From Azolla caroliniana (taxonomy: Eukaryota; Plantae; Polypodiophyta), in NCBI GenBank assembly GCA_043228905.1, contig JBHGNT010000005.1, positions 13,268,001-13,332,000 of the forward strand: 64,000 nt of DNA, written 5' to 3'. Made by a program: the position numbers and the translations under genes. The notes under the pieces were generated by a model, which had not been told where the DNA came from, made no database searches, and saw nothing but the letters and a program-made list of their open reading frames with translations. Of the stretch, positions 1 through 13,300 are shown piece by piece; position 1 is the first letter of the stretch; every line of letters begins with the position of its first letter.

Positions 1-59
1 CTATTTCCTAACACATTCAAGGGGCTCAACGGTCAGCTTCGGCATAAATAGATTGATCA

Positions 60-853
60 CTCTGGCTATATAGCTGACGTCGGGTCAGGTGATTGTCAAA
101 TATATAATGCCTCCGACAATTTGTCGAAACCGTTTCTCATTGTAGGCCGGTCCGTAGTCAGGATGTAGCTTGAGGTTCCGGTCCAGGCGTGTTGAGATTG
201 GTCGGCAATTGGTCATGCCGAACTTGTACAACATATTCAGTACATAGTGTCTTTGTGACAACAATAGGTCGTCAGGGGTGTGGATCACTTCGATCCGGAG
301 GAAGTAATGAAGGTCCCCCAATTCCTTCTTTTCGAATGCTTCCAATAGTTCACACTTCACTCTGCCAATTTTAGGGAGGTCGGGTCCGGTGACGACCAAG
401 TTGTCGACATATAGCAGAATGCATACCGGACCTTTCAGATGAACAAGGATGAGTCACATTTGGAGGTGGCAAAACCCACCTTACGTAACCGGTGCGTTAT
501 CTTCAAATCGCAAGCTCAGTGGGCTTGCTTCAGGCCATAGAGTGACTTCTTGAGTTGGCACACTGTTGACTTGTTCATCTCCGACTGAAATCTGAGGGCA
601 TGGATCATCCGAATGGTCGTTCTGACTCAATCGCTCATTCGGCTGGCTCAGCCTAAATAAGATCAGAAGCTCTTCTAGAGTACTGATCATGTCGGGCTCA
701 CTGGTCTCATTCTCAATGTTTTGGTGGTCGGAGTTGTCGAGGCTCGGAGTCGGTAAGGAGAACCATGATGCCGACTCATCAAATTCAACATCTTGGCTCA
801 CCCGAACATGTTTGGCCCAGGGGTTATAACACTGAGACCCCTTTTGTTCATGT
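60..853 (-). pseudogene. Copia A integrase C-terminus/RT remnant with internal deletions
   Basis: ORFs 85-399 and 481-801 match copia RT and the post-integrase region. The sequence jumps from the integrase tail to mid-RT. Confidence 0.85.
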
Positions 854-1522
854 TGTTAGGATTTGACGCTTTCAAAACCTTCACCTCTCGGCCACAACCG
901 AGGAAACAAGAATCAATGCAGCAGAAAATCGAAAACACAGAGAGAGACTCGAATGCACAGGATTTATCGTGGAAAACCCTAGACGGGAAAAACCACGGGA
1001 GTGCAAGACTCCAACTATCACTATACGCAGGGAATGTACAATGGCGAGCTGCAAGGCGACGACCTTGAGCTCGCTATCCTCGCCACAGGCGGCGGTATTA
1101 CACAGAGGCGTCGACCTCTTCCTTTCACTCTCTCTCTCTCTCACTCTCTCTAAGTGGAAAACAGAAAAATAAGCAACAACTCCAAAACTGTTTGCCCTAA
1201 GTCATATTTATACACATATGACTTTCGGGCTATTTACAAATATAGCCTCAAGGGCCCTTGGCAAACATATTCACAAATATGTCCCCGCATCCGGATCTCT
1301 CTCCGGGTACATTCGTCATCCGGCTCCGTAGCCGGGGTCTTCATCATCCGGATCCGCAGCCGGGGTCTTCATCATCCGGCTCCGCAGCCGGGGTCTTCAT
1401 CATCCGGATCCGGAACCGGGTCTTCATCATCCGGCTCCGATACCGGGTACTCCTCATTGAGGTCTTCATTTCTGATTCCCGGACATCCGACCATCCCATC
1501 CGGAAGGACCGTAATCCCAACA
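854..1522 (-). repeat. 3' LTR of copia B
   Basis: Direct repeat of 5560-6228, adjacent to the PPT (GTGAAGGGAGAGTT on the minus strand). Confidence 0.97.
1310..1455. repeat. Tandem ~27-bp units (ccggggtcttcatcatccgg) in U3 of the B LTR (also at ~6016-6160)
   Basis: About 5 imperfect copies are visible in both LTRs. Confidence 0.9.
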
Positions 1523-1532
1523 AACTCTCCCT

Positions 1533-4500
1533 TCACTTCGGCATGGGATGTCTTTCCAGTCCGACCCTCTTCCGGCACGCTTCCAGCTTGTCGGGTGTGA
1601 GCACTTTGGTCAGCATATCTGACTCGTTCTCGTCCGTGTGGATCTTCGTCAGCACGAACTCCTGGTCTTCTATCCTTTCCCTGATCCAGTTATATCTTCG
1701 CTGGATGTGCTTCGTCCGGGAGTGATAGGCCGCGTTCTTCGCAAGATGGATGGCACTCTGACTGTCGCAGTAGAGTCGGTACTCCTCTTGCCGGATACCG
1801 AGCTCTTTAATGAAGTCCTTCATCCATATTATTTCCTTGCCGACTTCAACAGCCGCCATGTACTCCGCCTCCGTGGTTGACAATGAAACCGTTTTCTGCA
1901 GCCTCGACTGCCACGAAACAGCTCCCCCTGCATACGTCATCACATACCCTGATGTGGACCGGCTGGTGTCTGCATCAGCCGACATATCCGAATCGGTAAA
2001 GCCGTCGAGTTCGGGCTTACCGGAGCCGAATCGGAGGCACACGTTTGCCGTGCCCTTCAGGTATCGGAGTATCCACTTGGCCGCGTTCCAGTGCTCTTTG
2101 CCGGGATTGCTCATGTACCGGCTCACCACTCCGACTGCATATCCTATGTCCGGTCTTGTACACACCATTGCGTACATCAAGCTTCTGACGGCAGAGGCAT
2201 ATGGTACTTTCATCATGTCCTCCTTCTCAGCCTTTGTCTTGGGGCTTTGCTTGCTGGACAACTTGCAGTTTGCCGGGAGGGTTGACCCGACCGGTCTTGC
2301 TTCCGACATGTTGAACCGGTGAAGCACCTTTGTCACGTACTTCTCCTGTGACAGCAACAACTGCTTCTTCTTCCGGTCCCGGATGATGTGCATCCCTAGT
2401 ATTTGCCTCGCCGGACCCAGGTCCTTCATTGAGAAGGTTCGGTGAAGCGCTTTCTTCAGCATCCGTATCTTGACCTGGTCCCGTCCGACAATCAACATGT
2501 CGTCCACGTACAGGAGGAGTATTAGGAAGTCTCCTCCTTCGAACTTCTTCACAAACACGCAGTGATCAGACTGCGTTTTGCGGTACCCTTCGTCGGTCAT
2601 GAAAGAGTCGAACTTCCGGTACCATTGCCGGGGAGCCTGCTTCAGTCCGTAAAGGCTCTTCTTCAACCGGCATACCAGGTGCTCCTTCCCTTTCTTCTCG
2701 AATCCTTCCGGTTGCTGCATGTAGATCTGCTTGCCGCTATGCTCAGCACCGTCCGGATGGAGGTCATCTTCACTACCGGGGCAAATATCTCGTCGAAGTC
2801 GACGCCCTTCTTCTGCTGAAACCCCTTCACCACGATCCTGGCTTTGTATCTCGGGGGGTTTCCGGCATCTCCCAGTTTCAGCTTGAACACCCACTTGTTT
2901 CGAAGTGCCCGCTTTCCTTTCGGCAACTCCACAAGTTCATATGTGTGGTTCTCATGCAGGGAATCCATCTCCTCCTGCATGGCACTTAACCACCTGCGGC
3001 TATGGGTGTCAAGCTTTGCTTCTTCAAAACTCTCCGGCTCCCCTTCGTCGGTTAGCAGCACGTGCTCTGGTTCCGGAAATCTCCGGGGTCCCTTCTCTCT
3101 CTTAGAGGATATCTCCGTTCCGGAGCTTCGGTAACCGGCTCCTCCATTTCCTCTTCATCCGAATCCATTCCGGGATCGAGGCCGGTTCCGGTATCAGTTT
3201 CATCTTCCTCGGCCGGTTCTGTTTCTTCACCGTCTTCGGCCGGATCCTCGAGTGCTAACCGGTCCCTTGCCGGTCGGGACTGCTCTTCGTAGAGTTGATC
3301 CTCACCGGTCGACTTGGAGCTCTTCATCTTCTTCTCCGACTCCCAGTCGGCGAGTGTCTTGTCCTCCATGAAGATGATATCGCGACTCCGGAATATCTTT
3401 TTGTCGACCGGGTCCCATACTCGTCATCGCCGTAACCGAGGAATATGCATGGCCGGGTCTTTGGATCTAGCTTTCCTCTCCGGTCCTTTGCCACATGCAC
3501 ATATACGAGACACCCGAACACCTTCAGATGCCGGTAGGATGCTTCCCTACCAATCCACACTTTCTGCGGCGTGTCTCCGTCCAAAGGTACTGAGGGTGAT
3601 CTATTTATCACGTATGTCGCCGTCGACATTGCCTCAGCCCAAAACCCCTTGGGTAATTTCGCATGCGCCAGCATACTCCGGACCCTCTCCATTATGGTCC
3701 GGTTCATCCTCTCGGCCAGCCCGTTCAGTTCCGGCGTCTTCGGCACAGTAAACTCGAGCCGGATTCCCTTCGAGCGACAGTACTCCGCGAACTGCCCCCG
3801 GTATTCCCCTCCGTTATCCGCTCGTATCGCTTTCAGCTTCTTGCCGGATTCCCTTTCCACTCTCGCGTGGAGTTCTTTGAAGACGCACAACACTTGGTCC
3901 TTTGTCTTCAACGGTGCCGTCCACAGCTTCCGGCTGTGGTCATCAATGAATGTCACGAAGTACTGGGCTCCGCCATGTGACTTCGTTTCTACTTGACACA
4001 CGTCAGTGTGCACCAACTCCAATGGTGCGCTACGTCTCGTCGGTGGCCTTGAGTGGAAGGAGGTTTGGTTCTGCTTACCGGCCAGGCAATCGGTGCACTT
4101 CTCCAGGTGCACATGCTTCACTGGAATAAGGTTGTCTTCTGCAAGCCTCTTCATCCCCTTCTCACTCATGTGGCACAGTCTCTTGTGCCACAGCTCACCG
4201 GCAGTGTCGGCTGCCACGTTCAACTCCTTCGGACACAACCAGGCATTCATAAGGTATAGTGTGTTGACTTTCCGGGCCCGTGCCACTATCAGGCTCCCCT
4301 TGCTGAACTTCATTACGCCGTTCCGGATGCTACCTGTGTAGCCTTCATCGTCTAGCCTCCCGGCCGAAATCAGGTTCAATCGAACCTCCGGAACGTGTCG
4401 GACATCCTTCAGCAACATTTTGCATCCGGTCGAGGTTGTCAACCACACGTCTCCTATGCCGGCAATCCGGCACGTACCTTCATTTCCCATCCGAACACAG

Positions 4501-5537
4501 CCATGCTCACCGGCTGTGTAGGATGAGAAGTATCTTCTTTCCGGGGTCAGGTGGAACGACGCTCCGGAATCGACCACCCAGGTAGTCTCATCGCCGGCAA
4601 TGTTTAGTTCACCTTCTTCGGTGATGAGCATGATCTCCTCTTCACTTGCCGCGAGTGCCGTCGTTCCTTTCCGGTCCTGCCCTCGCCGATCCGAACCATT
4701 CCGGTCCGTGGCTCCCCGGTAAGCACCGTTCCGTTCCGAAGACTTCTTCGAATCGGTGTCGTCGGCTCCGTTGTCTTTTCGGTAATGCCGACAATTCTTT
4801 CGGAAGTGCCCCGGCTTCCCACAGTGGAAGCATGTGGGCCTTCCTCTTGACCGCGATCGGGTCCCCGACTTCTCCCGTCTTTGCGGACTCCGGTTCCGTT
4901 GTCTTCCCCGATCCGATTCGGTAAGCAGCATCTTCGGATCGGAGGCCGGTTCTTTATCTCTCCGACGCGCTTCTTCGTTCAAAATGCTTGTCTTTACCGT
5001 TTGTAGGGACAAGTTATCTTCGGTGCAGGAGGTGCTGAGAGTCACCACCAAGTTCTCCCAGCTTTCCGGCAATGTACACATCAGCATGATGGCTTGCATT
5101 GCATCCTCCAACGGGAACTTGATCGCCGCAAGCTGGTTCACGAATCCCATGAACGTGCTTACGTGTTCCACCATACTCTCGCCGTCCCGGTACTTGAGGT
5201 TCACTATCTTCCTCATCAGGGAGGTCCGGTTCAACGCATTTTTCCTCTCATAGAGGCCCGACAACTTCTGCCACATCTCATATGCGTTGGTGTCGTTCGC
5301 CACATGTTGTAGAACGCTCACGTCGACGTATTGCCGAATGGTTGCAACGGCTTTCCGGTTCAGAAGTCTCCATTCCGTCTCAAGTACCCCCTTGGGTATT
5401 TCCGACCTGTCGATCGGTTCATACAGGTCCCGAACAATGAGCAGATCCTCCATCTTTATCTTCCAGTCGGCGTAGTTCTGCGCATTCAGCACCATCATCC
5501 CCGGCTGCCCGCTGCTGCCGCCTTCCATTTTCTGCAC
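1533..5537 (-). pseudogene. Copia B gag-pol polyprotein, broken by frameshifts and a deletion in RT
   Basis: ORFs 3324-5537 (CCHC knuckle CFHCGKPGHFRKNC, VDSGAS, DDE integrase), 3052-3369, 2663-3061 and 1533-2894 (LYVDD, RNase H). The QLDVKTAFLHG motif is missing near 2725. Confidence 0.93.
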
Positions 5538-5544
5538 TGCAGTC

Positions 5545-5556
5545 GCTCTGATACCA
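5545..5556 (-). promoter_or_regulatory. PBS (tRNA-iMet) of copia B
   Basis: TGGTATCAGAGC on the minus strand, 3 nt inside the 5' LTR boundary. Confidence 0.95.
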
Positions 5557-5559
5557 GAT

Positions 5560-6228
5560 TGTTAGGATTTGACGCTTTCAAAACCTTCACCTCTCGGCCA
5601 CAACCGAGGAAACAAGAATCAATGCAGCAGAAAATCGAAAACACAGAGAGAGACTCGAATGCATAGGATTTATCGTGGAAAACCCTAGACGAGAAAAACC
5701 ACGGGAGTGCAAGACTCCAACTATCACTATACGCAGGGAATGTACAATGGCGAGCTGCAAGGCGACGACCTTGAGCTCGTTGTCCTCGCCACAGGCGGCG
5801 GTATTACACAGAGGCGTCGACCTCTTCCTTTCACTCTCTCTCTCTCTCACTCTCTCTAAGTGGAAAACAGAAAAATAAGCAACAACTCCAAAACTGTTTG
5901 CCCTAAGTCATATTTATACACATATGACTTTCGGGCTATTTACAAATATAGCCTCAAGGGCCCTTGGCAAACATATTCACAAATATGTCCCCGCATCCGG
6001 ATCTCTCTCCGGGTACATTCGTCATCCGGCTCCGTAGCCGGGGTCTTCATCATCCGGATCCGCAGCCGGGGTCTTCATCATCCGGCTCCGCAGCCGGGGT
6101 CTTCATCATCCGGATCCGGAACCGGGTCTTCATCATCCGGCTCCGATACCGGGTACTCCTCATTGAGGTCTTCATTTCCGATTCCCGGACATCCGACCAT
6201 CCCATCCGGAGGGACCGTAATCCCAACA
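5560..6228 (-). repeat. 5' LTR of copia B
   Basis: Direct repeat of 854-1522. Confidence 0.97.
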
Positions 6229-8267
6229 CATGTGAGTAGCCAACCAATATGCATTTCTTGGACTTTGGGTCCAACTTCCTCCTCTTCTCAATGGGCACAT
6301 GCACATAGGCAATGCTGCCGAATATCCTCAAATGTTGTAAATTCGGGTTCCGCCTGAAATACCAATCCTGTGCTGACACCTTCTCACCGATCTGATTTTT
6401 GGCCTAGTCAAACTTGGGAATGCTCTTCTCTTCGATCATTTCCCGTGTCGCTTCCACAATTGACCGATTCTTCTACACCATTTTTTTCCGGTGTATATCT
6501 ACAACTGAATTCTCGCTGAATTCCCTTCTGTTGCGGATAGGTGTTGAATTGGCCGACTTTGCTCTTCTTCTCAATGAGATAGATCCACGTGTGCCGGTTG
6601 TATTCATCGATGAAGGAGACGAAATATCGACTCCCACCAAGACTAACATTGTGTGTCGGTCTCCACACATCCAAATGTGTGAGGTCAAGCTTGTTCTGGC
6701 TCCAGTTTTTCTTGTTGGGGAATAGAAGTTGGTGTTGCTTCCCTAGCTAGCTAGCTTCACAAATTTGGGTCTTTCGGCCACTAAATTTCGACAATCCAAA
6801 AACAACTTATTTCGATTACAGATCCTGAAGATTATGGTAATTGACATGGCCGATCCACTTGTGCCATAAGTCGATATCTGACTCGATCTTTTGTCCCTTT
6901 GCAAACAAGGTGATGCCGACGTCATTAGTGTCGAGGATGAACATCATACCGTCCCGGCGCCCTTGCGCGATGATGTGGCCCTCTTCCTCAATGAAGCATC
7001 GAAGATGTGTGAAATGAACTTGCATCCCCAAGTCGATGATTTGCCCAATCGACACCAGGTTCGTTTTGATGTTCGGGATGTGAAGAACGTTCATAAGCTT
7101 CCCCTTCTATCCGACATGGCTGAGGGGAACTTCTCCGACATGTTTGATCGTGTGCCGAGTGTAATCTCCGGTTTCGACCATTCTCAATTGCTCCGGTTTC
7201 TCTAAGTACAAGAACCATTCTTCATGGCTTGTCATGTGGTTTGATGCTCCGGAGTCAACGTACCACACCTCATCCAATTGTGAGGTGGTCTTCTTCATCG
7301 TGTTCTCCTTGTGCTTAATCACAAAGGTTGGCCCTTTTCCGGTCTTTTCGGTTCCGGATCCTTCTAATCGTTCTGCGTAGTGCGAGCTTTATCGATTCCC
7401 TTGTCAGGCCTTTCTAGATCCGGATTTATCCAAATCAACGCGCTTCTTCCAACACTCGCTTTCTCGATGGCCTTTCTTGCCACATTACCAGCATTCTATA
7501 TCAGCTTTCGATTGCCGGTTGCCGGTGGCGTCTTCACTCCCCCTGCTTGTGGAGGGTCTGAAACTGCTCTCGGCACCATCTCCATGCCTCTGATTTTGCT
7601 CTTGTCGGCCGCCACTGTTGCGTGACGATCCACCTTGTCCTCCACGCCCATAGGGCCAATTTCCTCCCTGTACTGCATCTGTCTATTTGATTGAGTGGTC
7701 CTCGACCAACTCGCATGGTTTTCTTCGACCATCAACATTGATTGCAGGTCGAAGAAGGACGGTGGCTTCTCCCGAGTGCAAATCCCCGTATCATTGCGCT
7801 AAACCACCGAGGTAGATCTGGACCATTTCGTCTTTGTTCACCGCCACGTTGATGGACCCCAACACCTTGCAAATATCCTTTATTTTAGTTGTGTAATCGG
7901 TAACTGACATATTCCATTGTTGGATGTTGTTGACCTCTTGTCGGAGCTACAACTTTGGCGCCATGGTGCCTGCCGCGAAAATCTTCTTGAAATTTTCTCT
8001 GCCTTCTTTCGGTGCTTTTGCATCCTTGATGTAGTCGAGCATCTAATCGTGCACACAAGATGCGAGACAGTACAACACTCTGCTTGCTCATGGCTCCCAT
8101 GCCGGGAAGTCCTTGTGTGCTAGCTCCGGTGCTACTTCATTCGCACCTTTGACATAGCTCTAGTATCCATGCCTGAGCAGGTACTGGTGCATCTTGTACG
8201 ACCAAGATGTGTAGTTGTTTCTATCGAGCTTCTCCGTTGGAAGCGAGCTAGCCATGCCTCTATCCAT
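6229..8267 (-). pseudogene. Copia A gag-protease-integrase remnant
   Basis: Fragmented ORFs (7107-7322, 6816-7094, 6408-6674) homologous to the corresponding gag/PR/INT of element L. Confidence 0.88.
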
Positions 8268-8366
8268 TTTCTTCTTTTGTCTACTCTTTACCGGAAGTTA
8301 GGTTTTCATCTATCTAGTGCTTTTTGCCGACAATAGAGGATTGTCAACCCTTGCGCTTTGATACCA

Positions 8367-8798
8367 TGTGAAAGTTAATGTGCGAAAGCTTAGACAAACT
8401 GGCTGAGCCGCATAGCAACAGAAAACACAGACAAGGTTTAATGGAAGCTTGAAAAGTACACAATATGTGGGAGAGACAAAGAGAGTAGAAGAGTAAACTC
8501 TATTTCAAAAATTATTAACACTATACATACAATGTGCTCAGAGAGCAGTTTTATACAAGTCATTAAAATGACTAACACAAGTACTGACAAGTACTTCAAT
8601 GCTCGTATTGAGCTACTCACACCAACTCCTAAAAATAAGCCTATGTACTAGGCTAGGATTGTAGGCCTCTAACAGCCTACCGGTTACACAAATCCGGATA
8701 ACAGTCTGGCTCTCCAATCTAGGTATTGGTTCCAGATCCCGATTTGGCTCTTGGCTTATATAGACGATCCAAAACTTGTTGAGCTTGTCCACTCAACA
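8367..8798 (-). repeat. 5' LTR of copia A
   Basis: Follows PBS gctttgatacca (8355-8366). Runs tgtgaaag...gagcttgtccactcaaca, with the same terminal motifs as the D/I/L LTRs. Confidence 0.85.
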
Positions 8799-9125
8799 CG
8801 ATGAATGGCAAGAACCCGGGACAAAAACCACACCCAACAACCAACACGAACCCGAGCCGGCACAACAAACAACACCCGAAACCGAAACCCGATCCAGCAA
8901 CAAACGACACCCACCAACAATCGAAACCAAACCCGATCCCTGAACCCAAACCTGACCGCCAACCCCAACCATAGCCAGCACCTACATCCCAACCTAAACA
9001 ACAACAAGAAGCTAGTCGGCCACAACTAAAGCAGACTAGACAAAAGCAGAAGAGCCAACAGTCGGGCCCACAATGTGTCCCAGCCGAACAACCGAAGGCG
9101 GAGGACAACATGTCGATCAAGAGAA
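8799..9125 (+). repeat. A/C-rich low-complexity tract with imperfect ~45-bp repeats; possibly the 3' internal region of a copia
   Basis: Recurrent ccgaaaccgaaacccgatcc-like units and weak resemblance to the post-pol regions of D and L. Confidence 0.45.
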
Positions 9126-9400
9126 TGTTGGGCAACCAGTCCATTTGGATGGGATCCGGCTGAGAACCGGATGAGCCGGATTGGATTACTCCAAGGAAGG
9201 AACCGGATCGGATGGATCCGGAAGGTATCCGACCAGATCCGGGGGTGAACAAGAGGAGAAACATATTTGTAAATATGTTTCTATGTGTCGTTGAGGCCAT
9301 ACTTATAAATAGCCTGAAAATTTAACTTAGGGAAACTAGAAGAAAATGTTGTTTTTTTGTTGTTGTAGAAGTTGACATAGAAGTTGTACAAAGAGAGAAG

Positions 9401-9435
<35 letters not shown>

Positions 9436-9872
9436 CGTGAGAGACACAGAAAGCTCTTTCTATTGTGTCTGTCGTTTGGCAAAGATACAAAGGTCGAGGT
9501 TGTAGTCTCATTCTGTTGTACCCCTCCCCTCCTCCATAGAGATCCTGTTCAGAGCTAGAGAACTCCCATGGTTTTCCCCGATTAGGGTTTCCATGTTAAT
9601 ATCCTATCTCGACCCATTTTGTGTGTAAGTGTATTAATCTTTATTTCTGTTCTGTTTCTTCCATAGTGATTGAAACTCGGTTGTTACTGAGCACTGTTTG
9701 CAACAAATTGGTATCAGAGCGAAGTTCTAAACTTCAAAAAATAAATAAATGGAAGTCTCATTCGGCAGCATGTTTAAGCTCACCGGTTCTAACTACCCAT
9801 TATGGAAATTGAAGATGAGGGACATGCTGGTGGTCAAAGATATCTGGTTTCCCGTATAGTATGGGGACAAAA
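9126..9872 (+). mobile_element. Copia 5' LTR (9126-9705) + PBS (9709-9720) + gag N-terminal stub
   Basis: tgttggg...tgcaaca, then aat, TGGTATCAGAGC, then MFKLTGSNYPLWKLKMRDMLVVKD (copia gag N-terminus). Truncated by the LTR starting at 9873. Confidence 0.88.
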
Positions 9873-10335
9873 TGTTAGGAAACAGGTCCCTCTGGATGGG
9901 AAGTGAGAAGAACAGTACTGATGAGCAAACTCAGCCGAGGCCGATAGGTCGAGGCCGAAACAGGATGACGAGTACCCGGCAAGAGCCGGATGGTGAAGAC
10001 CTGGTGAGAACCAGATGTGGAGTACCCGGCAAGAGCCGAATGGTGAAGACCCGGTGAGAACCGGATGACGTGTGCTCGGCAAGCGCCGGATGATGTAGGC
10101 CCGGTGATGAGTGCTCACCGGATGAAGGGACATATTCGTAAATATGTTTCTGAGAGTCCATCGGGGCTATATTTGTAAATAGCCGAAAAATCATATTAGT
10201 ATAAATATGACTTAGGGCAAACTTAGTATGTTTTTTTTGTTGTCATTCTTGTTGGTGCAAGATTAGAGTGCGTAACTGTGTACAGAGAGAGTGAGAGAGT
10301 GGAAGAGGTCGTTGCCTCTATTGTAACCGCCGATG
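9873..10335 (+). repeat. Truncated LTR related to the B family (probable 5' LTR of element E)
   Basis: Begins tgttagg. Shares ccggatga repeats, the atatgacttagggcaaac and gaagaggtcg motifs with the reverse complement of the B LTR. Confidence 0.75.
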
Positions 10336-10339
10336 GTTA

Positions 10340-13300
10340 TAACTCCCATCATGTCTCTAAACTATGTATGTTTTTCCATGCTCAATCCCTTCGTAAGAAT
10401 ATCAGCAACTTGCTGATTTGTACTTACATATAACAGATCCACTTCTCCATCAATCACTTTTTCACTAACAAAGTGATAATGCACTTCAATGTGCTTTGTT
10501 CTTGCATGGAACACGAGGTTTTTTGCTAGTTGAATGCTGCTCATATTGTCACACCAAATTGTGACAACACCATCCCAAATCAGAAAGCAATCTTCTGATC
10601 CATACCTCTTCACAGGTAGTTATTGCAACTCCTCTATACTCAGCTTCAGTACTTGACAATGCAACAATAGCTTGTTTCTTGCTACTCCATGAAATTGCTG
10701 CACTTCCCAATGTAAACATATATCCACTTGTGGATCTTCTGTCAGTTTGTCTTCTAGCCCAATCAACATCTGTATATCCTTCCAACTTTATGTCCAGATC
10801 AGCCCTATAAAATAGTCCATAGTTCTGAGTAGCTTTTACATACCTCAAAATTCTTCTTATGTAGTCCAAATGCGGCTTTGTTGGCTGTTGCATAAACTGG
10901 CTGACTAATCCAACAACATAACTCAAATAAGGTCTTGTTATGGTCAAATATATGAGGCTACCCACCATAGACCTGTACATGTTTACATCTTCTATTTTGG
11001 CTCCCAAATCAGCCCTCAATCTGAAGTTCTTATCTAGTGGTATACCAATAGGTTTGCATCCAAGCATACCATACTTCTTCAACATAGTTGTTGCATATTG
11101 TTTTTGCAACATATATATACCACTCTCATATCTAATAATCTCAATGCCAAGAAAGTATCTCAAATCTCCCAAATCCTGCATCTGAAATTGCATTTCCAGA
11201 TTTTTCTTCAACTTATCTCTTCCATTGAATCACCTCCAATGATTAGATCATCAACATATATCAAGATCACAACAATGCAATCATTTATCTTCTTTACATA
11301 TAATGATGGATCAGCCTTTGACATTTTGAAAGCAAATTTTTTCAGAGATTCTGAAAGTTCCCTATGTCATGCTCTCGGTGCTTGTCTCTCAGTCCATAGA
11401 GAGCCTTTTTCAGCTTACAAACATATTCAGGATGCTTCCTATCTTCAAAACCTAGTGGTTGACACATATACACTTCTTCTTCTAAGTTACCATGTAAAAA
11501 AGCATTTTTTACATCCATATGGTGCAGAACCCATCTTTTGGTTGCACTCATAACAAGTAATGTTCTCAAGGTTGCCATCTTTGCACCCGGTGCAAATGTT
11601 TCATCATAATCAATTCCTTGCAACTGGGCATATCCCTTTGCCACAAGTCTTGCTTTATGTCTACAGACATTTCCATTGGAATCATGCTTTGTCTTGTAGA
11701 CCCATTTGCAACCTACCACATTTTTTCCTTTTGGTAACTTTACCAAATCCCATGTTCTGTTTTTAGCCAATGCATCTATTTCTTCTTGCATTGCATTCAC
11801 CCATTTTTTCTCAGCTTTTGCTTCATCAAAGCTATTTGGATCAGGGATTTGTACCACTTTAGACATGTATGCACAATGCATAGCCATATATGTTTCATAA
11901 CCAAATCTTTCAATAGTCTTTTTCTCTCTGTCTGATCTTCTCAGTTTCTGATTTGCATCCTTCATTGCCCTTTCCATACCAGGGATTTTCAGGGATCCTA
12001 TACCAAGCTCATCATCTAATGATGTATCTGAATCTACATCTTCCATATTTCTAGACCCATCATCAAGCATTTCATATTCTGGCATCTTCTGTTTTCCCTT
12101 TTTATCATCATATTTTTTGTGTCTTGCATGTTTTCCACTCCATGCATTAGATTCAGATTTACTATCTGAGCTTCCCGATGGTCTAGTACAATCCATTGAT
12201 GTGGAACTTTGTTGTCCAACATTGTTTCCATCTCTATGGTTATCTCTTACATTTTCAAATTTATCCCTGTCTTCATTTTCACAGTCTTCATCAGTTTCTA
12301 CATTTAGTTTTGGGTTGTACCAGCTGCCCAACTCACCAAATATTACATCCCGACTTACCACAATCTTTTTTTTCAAAGGGTTATAGCATCTGCCCTTTTT
12401 GCTCCTCTGAATTTCCAACAAAAATACATTTTTCAGCTTTTGGATCAAGCTTACTTCCCACCTCAGGAAGTACATGGATATAGGCAAGGCATCCAAACAC
12501 TTTCAAGTGTCCTAAGCTAGGTTACCTTCCATAGAAACATTCTTCAGGAGTTACATCATGTACTCCAGATGTTATACATCTATTTAGAATGTAGTTTGTT
12601 GTGTTTACAGCTTCTACCCAATAATACAATGGCATATTTTTCTCTGCCATTAATGCCCTTGCTATGGTCACCAACGTTCTATTTTTTCTCTCAACAACTC
12701 CATTTTGTTGTGGAGTATATCTACATGTGAACTGTCTCCTTATTCCTTGATTGCATAGAAAATTAGAAAACTCATTTGAGAAGTACTCTTCTCGTCCATC
12801 AAATCTTAAGCATTTTATTCTAGTTCTAGCCAGCTTTTCCACCATACATTCAAACTTACGAAAGCAATCAAATACTTCACTTTTTTCTTTCATGAAGTAA
12901 ACCCATGTTTTCCTTGAGCAATCATCAATGAAAGTTACATAAAACTTACATCCACTAATTGATGCATTTTTTGTTGGTCCCCATACATCTGTATGTACCA
13001 AATCCAACAAATTTTTGCTTACATGTCTTTCATGAGGGAAATGCAACTTGTTTTGCTTTCCGTATTTACATGCTTCACATACTTTTCCCATCTCACAGTC
13101 TTTTAGCTTCGGCAGTCCAGCCACTACATCTTTCCGCAACATATTTTTCAAAGTTTGCATGCTTATGTGACCGATTCTTTTATGCCACATTTCCACATCT
13201 GAGATTACACTTATTCCTTCTGCAAACATGGTTGTAATCTTCCTAGGCATATCCACATCTAACACAAACATCCTTCCTTCTTGTTTTCCTTTTACAATGA

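Larger units (their letters stand above)
854..6228 (-). mobile_element. Ty1/copia element B (Tnt1/Tork-like), full length with both LTRs
   Basis: TG...CA LTRs at 854-1522 and 5560-6228 (669 bp each, ~6 substitutions by eye). TSD CATGT at 849-853 and 6229-6233. tRNA-iMet PBS at 5545-5556, PPT at 1523-1536. Domain order gag-PR-INT-RT-RH. Confidence 0.97.
1..8798 (-). mobile_element. Ty1/copia element A (degenerate; 3' end missing or outside the window), interrupted by element B at 854-6228
   Basis: Minus-strand remnants: gag (start ~8267), protease (WYVDSGASNHM), GAG-pre-integrase (LWHKWIGH), integrase and RT (DLHYFL, QIVGGIIYLTIT). The reading ...KCILVGYSH|EQKG.CYN rejoins across B. PBS at 8355-8366, LTR at 8367-8798. 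Confidence 0.9.

Noticed and set aside
1154-1725. Ser/Gly-rich ORFs in the B LTRs (also 5860-6357)
   Set aside because: They are translations of the U3 tandem repeats and antisense to the element.
8719-9300. 193-aa Cys/Gly-rich minus-strand ORF
   Set aside because: It derives from the A/C-rich low-complexity tract and crosses two element boundaries.
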